IMG/VR virus record: IMGVR_UViG_3300008459_000232 | Location: 1-31,023 of that record | DNA from: a virus | Taxonomy: Duplodnaviria; Caudoviricetes | DNA: 31,023 bases | Reading direction: 5' to 3' (one strand) | Shown here: positions 8,901 to 17,100 of the stretch, piece by piece | Layout: each line of letters begins with the position of its first letter | How positions within the stretch are numbered: position 1 is the stretch's first letter | Notes under the pieces: model-generated | What the model was told of the DNA's origin: nothing | The model's database searches: none | What the model saw: the letters and a program-made list of their open reading frames with translations, nothing else | Program-made: the position numbers and the translations under genes

Positions 8901-10734
8901 AACTCTACAAACTGGTAATAGAAATATATCTTCAACTTTAGATGTAGACAGTAATGCTTACTTTGAAGATATATCAATAGTTAACAATGTGTTAAGTACA
9001 ACTACTACTGATACAGACTTATCATTACAAGCTGCTGGCTCTGGTATAATTGATATTGATGATAATGCTACGTTTAATCAAAATTTAAGAGTTAACAGTA
9101 CAACTTACACTAATGGCATAACTAATTCTGGCACTATTTCGTCTGATACATTCAGCGACAACGATATAGAAATTAGCACAAATACTATTACAACTACTGT
9201 AGGCAACAATAATCTTAGATTATTAGCAGCAGGTGCTGGTATTGTATTTGTGCCTAATGATGCTGTAGAAATTGAGCAAGATTTAACTGTTAACGGTGCT
9301 ACTATTTTACAAAGTACAGTAATTGGAACAGGCACTGCAATAACCCAAGTAAGTCAAAATTTGTCAGGCACATCAAGCCCAACTGGATTTTTCTTCTATG
9401 GCTGGCAAATATTAAATCCTGGACAAACTGTACCAACATTTAGTGTAATTCAACCAGGCTGGACAGTAGTTGGTCAACCCACTTGGGTAGTTTCTGTAGT
9501 AGGCGATGGCGTTAGTAATTATGATATTACCATAACAGGTGGAGTGTTTGCGTCTGGAGGCACATATTCGTTCACTGGTCCAATGCCTGCTGATGTAACC
9601 TTAACTGGCAATTATCTTCAAACTGGTAACACTCTACAGACTGGTAACAGAAGTATCTCAACAACACTTGATGTAGACAGTAGTGCGTATTTTGATGATA
9701 TAGCATTTATTACCAATAGAGTAATCACAGACACTGCTGATACAGATTTATCACTTAAGGCTGCTGGTACAGGTAAAGTTGTATTCAATGACAATGTTAC
9801 ATTTAGTCAAGCAGCAACTATTGGTACCTTAGTAACTAACGGACTTACAAATAGCGGAACTATTACTTCTGATTTTTTTACAAATAACAATATAGAAATT
9901 AATGATAATTACATCACAACTATAGTCGGAAACGATAATCTTATTTTATCAGGCATTAGCACAGGTGGTCCAAAATTAGAAAAAGTTAAATTTAACGGTA
10001 CTACTATTAGTACAGAAACTGTAAACGAAGGTATTATATTTTCAACCCCAACTAGTAATTTAGTAATATCTGGAACAAACGCATTACGGGTACCTGTAGG
10101 AACTACTGCAGATCGTACAACACTAACACAGGGCGAGTTTAGATTTAATACTACTGACTCGTTGTTTAGAGGGTTTAGTACTGCTACTGTTAGTTTTAGT
10201 GGAGTATACTCTGCAAATAAACTAACAAATGTTCTAACACATCCTACAAATAATACTTTAATTTTTACAACTAACAATGCTGCTGCAATGACCATGTCAA
10301 CTAGCGGTATCACAGTCGGTAGATTAGACACTGATAACAATCTAAGCATCAGCGGTAATACTATATCAACACTTACCACAAATTCTAATATAGTACTAAC
10401 ACCTAACGGCACTGGTGAAGTAATAATGGATGATCTATCATTTGGTGTCAACGAACTTACTAACCTAAATGCCTCTACTCCAATTATTTTTCAAAATCTT
10501 GGAACAGGTTATGTAGAATTTGCCGGTACTGCCGGTATTACATTACCAAAAGGCGATAACGATTCACGACCAGCAACTCCACAAGTAGGTGACTTACGTT
10601 ATAACACTCAATTATCAATTGCTGAAATTTTTAATGGTGTTGAATACGCTTCACTTGCAGGCACTGGAGCAGAGCTTCTAGCAGGTGAACAAGTACAAGA
10701 ATTATCAAGCCTTATGAGTCTTGTGTTTGGTTAA
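5989..10734 (+). CDS. Giant fibre-like virion protein (1581 aa), paralogue of 10855..16374
   Basis: N-terminal LGRISGQLLKADL. Beta-helix (pectin-lyase-like) entry motif YVAASG...PYATIKHAL...YIYPGTYTE..PLTVP..V...G...R, followed by RSPYIQN. Many N/T-rich shaft repeats (I..NTI.T...DL.L.A.GTG.V). C-terminal LMSLVFG. Confidence 0.8.
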   Translation: MADTLGRISGQLLKADLSRDGQPLNFENGLLYLNTANRYVGVNEESPFRNLFVNGTTNTSDLISTDGLAGLTSLLISVSGNSITTADDLNLTAANYVFANIVTTDDLELANNTISSLTENASIGLDPSGTGTLEVHSDVNVLNSNSLYAQGNITLSGNLIIGNAPTDTITFSANVNSDIIPNLTDTHSLGSNNSIGGNEWQGVWPLLLNGQSISTTGIGIGAANLALRPGNILYVAASGSNTNEGDHQNAPYATIKHALLQAQSGDVVYIYPGTYTEITPLTVPVGVHVKGMGIRSVTIIPDATTNNKDVFLLNGETTVSDISIKDFYYDSVGNTGYAFRFAAGMQVSTRSPYIQNISVITNETAPGALDAGRGALVDGSVANTLTKEASMLFHSVTFITPNANGLTMTNGVRVEWLNSFTYFNNIGLYALNGTGRYDANTLTTRYGAELRSISSANVYGNIGAQVEGSSCLMYLINHNFAYIGAGTDVTNDPSLNNSTNETLEYGGGKIYYQSLDNKGNFHVGDAFRVSFDTGNATIGGVATSASGTTSINFTSATSETLINAELVSTGTIAFNNNTISSYVDEINLVAATNEMTLFQDVYVTRNITVVNDFNIEGALILGNQPIDVIEFEADVDYDLRPSTTNTYNLGSLAKKWLSAKVIELDIGTTLKISGHTVESLTAGIDLELIPNGTGKVTISSNTVVENDLTVSANTALKTTNITGVVDLIGNVNRTGDINQTGNTVIDGSSVVAGFDVITGFWGQSGVLLTSDDDSTKTITVDVSLAGAITVVSITFGSPSGIYRSFGGTRWIFIQTGTLDVSSTAELDNVRISTNTISTITSDTDLKLLAAGTGLVYVPSDNVLVSQNVTVNDTVHADSVTVHGTTTANKFDNGDITIEDNIIQTTVGNNDLELGAATTGLVKADLDSVEITQNLTVLLDTNLKNTVIGIGGLTPTLSTLDLTGDYIQVGDVTLQTGNRNISSTLDVDSNAYFEDISIVNNVLSTTTTDTDLSLQAAGSGIIDIDDNATFNQNLRVNSTTYTNGITNSGTISSDTFSDNDIEISTNTITTTVGNNNLRLLAAGAGIVFVPNDAVEIEQDLTVNGATILQSTVIGTGTAITQVSQNLSGTSSPTGFFFYGWQILNPGQTVPTFSVIQPGWTVVGQPTWVVSVVGDGVSNYDITITGGVFASGGTYSFTGPMPADVTLTGNYLQTGNTLQTGNRSISTTLDVDSSAYFDDIAFITNRVITDTADTDLSLKAAGTGKVVFNDNVTFSQAATIGTLVTNGLTNSGTITSDFFTNNNIEINDNYITTIVGNDNLILSGISTGGPKLEKVKFNGTTISTETVNEGIIFSTPTSNLVISGTNALRVPVGTTADRTTLTQGEFRFNTTDSLFRGFSTATVSFSGVYSANKLTNVLTHPTNNTLIFTTNNAAAMTMSTSGITVGRLDTDNNLSISGNTISTLTTNSNIVLTPNGTGEVIMDDLSFGVNELTNLNASTPIIFQNLGTGYVEFAGTAGITLPKGDNDSRPATPQVGDLRYNTQLSIAEIFNGVEYASLAGTGAELLAGEQVQELSSLMSLVFG

Positions 10735-10746
10735 AAACTCAAACGA

Positions 10747-10754
10747 ACTAAATA
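10747..10754 (+). promoter_or_regulatory. T4-type late promoter candidate (ACTAAATA)
   Basis: TAAATA core, intergenic, shortly after the upstream stop. A variant of the other four sites. Confidence 0.55.
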
Positions 10755-10854
10755 CAATTACTGTAAGAGTTGGCTAACTCCTACGATATTAAACTGTGGT
10801 AAACCCGCAATGCAAGGTGGTTAACCGTGAAACACGGGGTCTAAAGGAGCACTC
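10755..10854 (+). promoter_or_regulatory. Structured 5' leader, candidate cis-regulatory RNA
   Basis: Stems TGTA-A-GAGTT/AACTC-C-TACG (10762-10785), TGTGG/CCGCA (10795-10809) and CCGTG/CACGG (10825-10837), then SD AAGGAG (10844-10849). Confidence 0.6.
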
Positions 10855-13800
10855 ATGAGCCAGCTTGGTCGAATTTCCGGTCATTTACTAAAAGAAGATT
10901 TACTCAGAAACGGCCGTGATTTAGCTTTTGAGACAGACTTACTTTATCTTAAAGTAACTAAACCTGGCGACACAGCACAACGTGTTGCTATCAATGTACC
11001 TGTATTAGACATTCCTAGCTTAACAGCAGATTTAACAGTAAACGGTACAACACAAACAACAAACATAGAAGTTAATGGTCAAGCAGATCTTGCCGATGTT
11101 AGAATTTCTGGAAATACTATTGAAAGCACTAACGTTAATGGTATTTTAAATCTAGTAAACGGCGCGGGTAATCAAGTAAACTATCAAACAAAACTAGTAG
11201 TTGATGACATTAGCATTGAGGCTAATACTATTACAACTACTACGGGCAATGTAAATTTAGAAATTCGTCCAAACAAAACAGGCGGAGATCCACTACTACA
11301 CGGTTCATTAGACATCTATGCAGATACTAATATCTACGGAAATTTAACAGTATCTGGTAACATTGAAACTGACGGTAACATTATTCTAGGAGGCGGCCCC
11401 GGGCCTGATACAGTAACATTTGATGCAGAAGTTGCTAGTGATATTATTCCCGATAACGACAACATTCGTCAACTAGGCTACGGTGGCACCGCATTTACTT
11501 CACCAACTGATTTTACGCTAGGAGATATTACAGTAACTGTCAGCGGATCTGGGGCATTTGTAATGTTGTCTATTCCAGCAGCTGGCCCTGCTTGGGTTAA
11601 TACACTAATTACACATACATTTGGTAAAGCATATGGATTAGTGCTAGAAGGAATCAGCACTAATTATAACGTAAACACTTCGGGCGCATGGATTGGAACT
11701 AATCCCAAGACAGTATTTACTACCAATGACGGCTTACTAGATGGAGTATATAATGTTGTTTCTATACGATTTGATCAAAAGCGTTGGAAAGACCTATGGG
11801 TACAAAATCTCTATGCTGATACTATTGTAGCAGGCGATCTCGTTGTAGATAATATTAATTTAGCATTACCTCCTGGTAACTTATATTTTGTCAGCACTAA
11901 CGGCAACAATGCCAACCTCGGTGAGCATCAAAACGATCCGTTTTTAACAATTGAACACGCATTATCAGTTGCTACATCTGGTGATACTATCTTTATCTAC
12001 CCAGGCACATATTTAGAAACATTTCCGCTAACTGTGCCAGTAGGCGTTGCTATTCGTGGCGAAAGTATTCGTGCAGTTATTATTGAACCAACTATTGCAA
12101 CCATTGACAAAGATGCATTCTTGTTAAATGGTGAAACTACTATTGAAGATTTAACTATCAGCAACTATAGATATGACGCGGTAAATGATACAGGGTATGC
12201 TTTTAGACTAGCAACTAATTTTCAAGTAACTACACGCAGTCCTTACATTAGGAACGTTACAGTCATTAGCAGAGGTAGCGTAACTAGCAGCACCGATCCT
12301 TACGGGTTTAATAGTGATGATGCAGGTAAAGGTGCCCTAGTAGATGGTAGTGTGGCAAACGCATTAAGTAAAGAAGCTAGTATGCTGTTCCACAGCGTGA
12401 CATTCTTTACGCCTAATCAAGAAACATTAACTGCAACTAACGGTGCTCGTATTGAATGGCTAAATTGTTTTACCTACTTTGCTGACAAAGGTATGCACTT
12501 GTATAGCAGTAATGATGGATTTGCTGGAGCAGGATTAACAAGATTAAAATTACCAACAGCTACACGAACAGGCACTTGGGCAGTGGGCAATACTGTTAGC
12601 TACTATGGCACAGACGGAACTACTGTACTAACTTCGGGTACTGTTGATAGTGTTGACGGCGACTGGATTAATCTAACAGGAAGAGTTCAGGGATTTTTAA
12701 TCCCAGATGATCGTGCCCCTAAGACATTAACACTGAACGGTAATGCAAAGTTAAGCACAGCAGAAAAAAAGTTCGGCACAGCTAGTCTTATATTAGACGG
12801 CACTGGTGATTATATTTCACACACGTCTATCACCGATTTTGGATTTGGCACTGGAGACTTTACTATAGAGGGGTGGTTCTATAAAACAGCCTCACTTTCA
12901 CAAATCTTAGTTGATACTAGAACAACCGCAACTGAAAATTCAATCATGGTGCAGTCCAACAGTGGAGGAAACTTAAGATTATTTGTAAACGGTGTGTTTG
13001 TATTAACATCTAGCAATAATCATACTCTCAATACTTGGAATCATCTTGCTATTTCTCGTGTTAGCGGCGTCACTAGATTTTTTATTAATGGTGTCGTGTC
13101 AACCAATACTTATGTTGACGCTACTGATTACGGAACTACAAAACCTTTAGTATTAGGTGCGTCATTCGTTGGTCTTACTTCCTTTAGCGGATATATTGAC
13201 GATTTTAAAATTAGTAAAGGTGTAGGACGTTATACAACAACATTCACAGCACTAACTAGTCCATTCACTAGCGACCTAGCTACAGTATTACTATTACATT
13301 TTAATGGATTAAACAACAGCACAAACGTTGTTGACGATGGTGTAACTTTTGTTGACGTTCGTAGTTCGGCAGGCGGTACAACAACTGATCTAGCTGTTGC
13401 AGACTATTCGGACTTTGGTGCAGAAATTCGTTCAATCGGTTCAGCAAGTGTTTACGGAAACTACGGTGTCTATGGCGACGGTGTTGGGGTTATTGCTTAT
13501 CTAATTGGACAAAACTTAGCCTACATTGGCAATGGCAAATCTACTACTAATGATCCTAATACTGTTATACAGGCAAATGAGATTGTTGAATTAAATGGCG
13601 CAAAGATCTACTATCAATCAGTTGACCACAAAGGCGATTTCCGCATTGGCGACTTATTCTACGTTAATCAAGAAACAGGCGAAGTAACATTCTCTAACTC
13701 AAATGTTACTATTGGCACAAGTTTAACATTTGATGACGGCGCGGGCAACGTAACTTACCTTGATGCTAGCAAAATTGAAACTGGCGATTTTAGAATTAGC

Positions 13801-16374
13801 GGCAACACTATTGAAACCTTAACACAAGATTTTAACATACAGTCTGCGCTGAATTTAATCAACTTACAAAGCAACGTAACTATCACAGGTAACTTAGATG
13901 TAACAGGCGACGTTACCATTGGCGGCAACATTCTCATTGGAGATCAATCAACTGACACAGTTAGTTTTGTCGCCGGCGTAAACAGTGATATACTACCTAA
14001 CAATCCACTCGGCACGCCAGTTTACAATCTAGGTACTGTTAGCCAGCAATGGTTAAATTTATATGCGTCACAAATTAGCATTGCTGATGTACAGATTGAC
14101 ACTAATGTTATTCGTACAACTGCTACCGACACAGATCTAACACTGCAGGCAAATGGATCTGGAAGAATCTACATTCCTTTAAATGACGTACAAATTAGTC
14201 AAAATTTAACTGTTAACGGAACAACGACTCTAGCAGATACTGATATTGGTACTGTTGGTACCCCTGCAACTGTTACACACGTTGGTAATGTAACACAAAC
14301 TGGTAACCTAACTCAAACAGGCAATATAGACCTAACTGGCACACTTACTACTGGCAGCTATGCACAGTTTGCAGACATACGCATTCAGTCTAATGAATTA
14401 AAAACCACTCTGCTAAACAATGACTTAACATTGGGTGCAGCAGGCACTGGAAAAATCTACATTCCATCAAATGATGTACAAATTGATCAGAACTTAACTG
14501 TTACAGGTTATATTGATGTCACTACCTTAGATGTAGACACTACTATATCATCAGATGTGTTTTCTACTGGTGATATTCTAATAGATAACAACACAATCTA
14601 TACTACACTTAGCAATAACAATTTAGTATTACAAGCTGCAGGTACAGGTAAGATATATGTGCCAAGCAATGATGTACAGTTTGATCAAGATTTAACAGTC
14701 AATGGCTCTACTAATTTAAAAGGCACAACCATTGTTGGTACCGTAACCCATACTGGTAATGTTACACAAGTTGGTAATGTTACACAGACTGGTAGCACTG
14801 AGATAACAGGTACTTTGACCGTTGGATCTACTGCACAGTTTCAAGACATCAAAATTGACACAAACATTCTAACAACAACTGTTGGCAATAATAACTTACA
14901 ATTAACTGCTGCAGGTACTGGTAGAATTTATGTTCCTACTAACAATGTTACAATTGAAAACACATTAACCGTAGTAGGCACTAGTACAACTAGTACAATT
15001 AGCAACACTGGCACAGTATCGTCAGGTACGTTTACTACTAGTAATATTTCTATAACTAGCAATAATATAACAAGTACCGTAGGTGATACTAATCTTGTTC
15101 TAGAAGCAGCAGGCGCTGGCAAAATTTCTGTACCATCAAACAATGTACAGTTTGACCAAGGCTTAACTGTTAATACTAACACTAATTTAAAAGATACAAC
15201 TATTGTTGGGACTGTTACACACACTGGCGCAGTTACACAAGTCGGTGATCTAACTCAAACTGGTAGCACTGAGATAACAGGCACATTAACTGTTGGCTCA
15301 ACAGCACAATTTCAAGATATTAAAGTTGATCTTAATGTTATCACTACTACTATTGGTAATAATAATCTAGTACTAGAAGCAGCAGGAACAGGTCGTGTAA
15401 TTGTGCCTAATGACGATGTTGATGTTGCACAGACGTTAACAGTCACTGGCACAACCGGTACTACTACAATAAACAATACTGGCACTGTTACTTCAGGAAC
15501 ATTTACCACAGGCAACATTAGCATAAATGGAAATACTATTCAAACCACAGTTGGTAATAGTAATTTGCAATTGTCAGCCGCAGGCACAGGGTATATTCAA
15601 CTTGAACAATTTGATGTACAAGAAAATGAAATTAGAATTAATACAGGATCTGATCTAACACTAACACCTAACGGTACAGGTATTGTCACTGTTAATTCTA
15701 CACAGAGTATTAAAATTCCAGTAGGAGATAATGCTGCTCGTCCAACAGGCGCAGCTGGTATGATACGTTTTAATACAGACCTAACACGCTATGAAGGGTA
15801 CAATGGTACAGCCTGGGTAAGATTAGACGGCGTTGAAGATGCCGATGGCAATACAAAGATCACAGCAGAGTTAACTCCTGGCGCAAATGACAACACTATT
15901 AGATTTTATGCAGATGGGACACAGGTCGCAGACTTAACCTCAACAAGATTAAACACCAACAATATAGATGTTGGTGCTATCAATCTTAATAATAACGTTA
16001 TTTCAACAACCACTACTAATACTGACTTATTACTAAGTCCCAATGGAACAGGACAAGTAAGGATTGGTAATTTTGCATTTAGTAGCAATATTATCTCAAA
16101 TACCGTAAATAACAGTATAACAGTAATAAGTCAAACGGGTGATGGTTATGTTAAAATAAACAGCACAGGAGGATTTGTAATTCCTGTGGGTCGTACAGAT
16201 CAGCGTCCAAGTGTATATGACACTGGCATGATGAGATTTAATTCTACAGATCAACGAGTTGAAATTTGGAACGGAACAGCATGGGTAGGTGTAGCACAAG
16301 GCGGAGCAGGTGGCGGAGTAACGCAATCTGAAGCCACTGATATTTCAATTCTCAGTGCAATTATATTTGGATAA
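10855..16374 (+). CDS. Giant fibre-like virion protein (1839 aa) with a LamG/ConA-like insert, paralogue of 5989..10734
   Basis: N-terminal LGRISGHLLKEDL. Same beta-helix core as the paralogue (GEHQNDPFLTIEHAL, KEASMLFHSVTF, GAEIRSI). Shaft repeats. C-terminal LSAIIFG. SD AAGGAG. Confidence 0.82.
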   Translation: MSQLGRISGHLLKEDLLRNGRDLAFETDLLYLKVTKPGDTAQRVAINVPVLDIPSLTADLTVNGTTQTTNIEVNGQADLADVRISGNTIESTNVNGILNLVNGAGNQVNYQTKLVVDDISIEANTITTTTGNVNLEIRPNKTGGDPLLHGSLDIYADTNIYGNLTVSGNIETDGNIILGGGPGPDTVTFDAEVASDIIPDNDNIRQLGYGGTAFTSPTDFTLGDITVTVSGSGAFVMLSIPAAGPAWVNTLITHTFGKAYGLVLEGISTNYNVNTSGAWIGTNPKTVFTTNDGLLDGVYNVVSIRFDQKRWKDLWVQNLYADTIVAGDLVVDNINLALPPGNLYFVSTNGNNANLGEHQNDPFLTIEHALSVATSGDTIFIYPGTYLETFPLTVPVGVAIRGESIRAVIIEPTIATIDKDAFLLNGETTIEDLTISNYRYDAVNDTGYAFRLATNFQVTTRSPYIRNVTVISRGSVTSSTDPYGFNSDDAGKGALVDGSVANALSKEASMLFHSVTFFTPNQETLTATNGARIEWLNCFTYFADKGMHLYSSNDGFAGAGLTRLKLPTATRTGTWAVGNTVSYYGTDGTTVLTSGTVDSVDGDWINLTGRVQGFLIPDDRAPKTLTLNGNAKLSTAEKKFGTASLILDGTGDYISHTSITDFGFGTGDFTIEGWFYKTASLSQILVDTRTTATENSIMVQSNSGGNLRLFVNGVFVLTSSNNHTLNTWNHLAISRVSGVTRFFINGVVSTNTYVDATDYGTTKPLVLGASFVGLTSFSGYIDDFKISKGVGRYTTTFTALTSPFTSDLATVLLLHFNGLNNSTNVVDDGVTFVDVRSSAGGTTTDLAVADYSDFGAEIRSIGSASVYGNYGVYGDGVGVIAYLIGQNLAYIGNGKSTTNDPNTVIQANEIVELNGAKIYYQSVDHKGDFRIGDLFYVNQETGEVTFSNSNVTIGTSLTFDDGAGNVTYLDASKIETGDFRISGNTIETLTQDFNIQSALNLINLQSNVTITGNLDVTGDVTIGGNILIGDQSTDTVSFVAGVNSDILPNNPLGTPVYNLGTVSQQWLNLYASQISIADVQIDTNVIRTTATDTDLTLQANGSGRIYIPLNDVQISQNLTVNGTTTLADTDIGTVGTPATVTHVGNVTQTGNLTQTGNIDLTGTLTTGSYAQFADIRIQSNELKTTLLNNDLTLGAAGTGKIYIPSNDVQIDQNLTVTGYIDVTTLDVDTTISSDVFSTGDILIDNNTIYTTLSNNNLVLQAAGTGKIYVPSNDVQFDQDLTVNGSTNLKGTTIVGTVTHTGNVTQVGNVTQTGSTEITGTLTVGSTAQFQDIKIDTNILTTTVGNNNLQLTAAGTGRIYVPTNNVTIENTLTVVGTSTTSTISNTGTVSSGTFTTSNISITSNNITSTVGDTNLVLEAAGAGKISVPSNNVQFDQGLTVNTNTNLKDTTIVGTVTHTGAVTQVGDLTQTGSTEITGTLTVGSTAQFQDIKVDLNVITTTIGNNNLVLEAAGTGRVIVPNDDVDVAQTLTVTGTTGTTTINNTGTVTSGTFTTGNISINGNTIQTTVGNSNLQLSAAGTGYIQLEQFDVQENEIRINTGSDLTLTPNGTGIVTVNSTQSIKIPVGDNAARPTGAAGMIRFNTDLTRYEGYNGTAWVRLDGVEDADGNTKITAELTPGANDNTIRFYADGTQVADLTSTRLNTNNIDVGAINLNNNVISTTTTNTDLLLSPNGTGQVRIGNFAFSSNIISNTVNNSITVISQTGDGYVKINSTGGFVIPVGRTDQRPSVYDTGMMRFNSTDQRVEIWNGTAWVGVAQGGAGGGVTQSEATDISILSAIIFG
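12721..13323 (+). other. LamG/concanavalin-A-like jelly-roll domain within the 1839-aa protein
   Basis: KFGTASLILDGTGDY, FGTGDFTIEGWFY, NTWNHLAISR, GYIDDFKISKG and TVLLLHFNG match the pattern of phage LamG-like lectin domains. Boundaries approximate. Confidence 0.8.
14080..15680 (+). repeat. Coding tandem repeat with a 471-nt (157-aa) period
   Basis: QF(A/Q)DI starts at 14365, 14836 and 15307, each 471 nt apart. The 23-mer ACTGGTAGCACTGAGATAACAGG is identical at 14788 and 15259. Outer boundaries approximate. Confidence 0.85.
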
Positions 16375-16379
16375 AGAAA

Positions 16380-16709
16380 ATGGCATCATATTTTAGAACA
16401 AAAGTAGCAAAAGATATTGGAACTGTGGCAGTAGATATATTAGAAACAGTTAGCAATAATAGATTTACAGTCATTGGTTGTAATCTAGCTAATACAACAA
16501 CGGATCCTGTGTCAGTAGACATTAAAGTAATTGATGCATTGGCTGTTGAAGCGTACTATATAAAACAGTTGATTATTCCTGCGCACACATCTGCTAAGGT
16601 CATTACCAACGGTGAAAAATTAATTCTAGCAGAAGATTGTACATTAAGAATTGTATCAGATACTCTTGCCAGCATTGATGCTGTTATCAGTTACGCAGAA
16701 ATTATATAA
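16380..16709 (+). CDS. Small beta-rich structural protein, ~110-aa family copy 2
   Basis: CNLAN...YIKQLIIPA...GEKLIL...VISYAEI. Starts 5 nt after the fibre gene stop. Confidence 0.72.
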   Translation: MASYFRTKVAKDIGTVAVDILETVSNNRFTVIGCNLANTTTDPVSVDIKVIDALAVEAYYIKQLIIPAHTSAKVITNGEKLILAEDCTLRIVSDTLASIDAVISYAEII

Positions 16710-16718
16710 GGATAACTT

Positions 16719-17099
16719 ATGAGTACTAATTACTTTTTTGGAAGAGACGCAGCAGAAATGGTAGGAGGAAATCCTAGATATTTCTACGGTCTACGTAGAA
16801 CTGACAACGGTGAATTATTTTTAGCTAAGGTTGACCAAACGTCACCTACAGACAGTGTACAAATCAACGCCCCAGGCAACTCTACAGGTAACTATACTAA
16901 CTTTGATGTCGGACAAGATTTTTACGAAGGTAGAGATGTTTATCATAATTTAGTTTTTGAAAATTTAAACTATGAACAATACAAGTGGGATGATAGAAGT
17001 GTGTACTATTACATAAACGATGAAGGTGAACTAGTAGTTCGTATTAATCAAAAGTATACATATGACGAAACCTCGTCTTCAAACGGATTAGGACAATAA
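16719..17099 (+). CDS. Hypothetical protein (126 aa), probably virion-associated
   Basis: SD AAGGA. Tyr/Asp/Asn-rich. The motif (D/N)(N/E)GEL occurs twice (RRTDNGELFL, YINDEGELVVR). Tightly packed in the structural operon. Confidence 0.68.
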   Translation: MSTNYFFGRDAAEMVGGNPRYFYGLRRTDNGELFLAKVDQTSPTDSVQINAPGNSTGNYTNFDVGQDFYEGRDVYHNLVFENLNYEQYKWDDRSVYYYINDEGELVVRINQKYTYDETSSSNGLGQ

Positions 17100-17100
17100 A

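Noticed and set aside
10795-10840. Resemblance to c-di-GMP-I (GGTAAACC) or SAM-II (CCG..TGCAAG) riboswitches
   Set aside because: The remaining consensus elements (GNRA-capped P2 followed by GCAAA; UGAUUU and GCUAAA) are missing. Kept as an unclassified structured leader.
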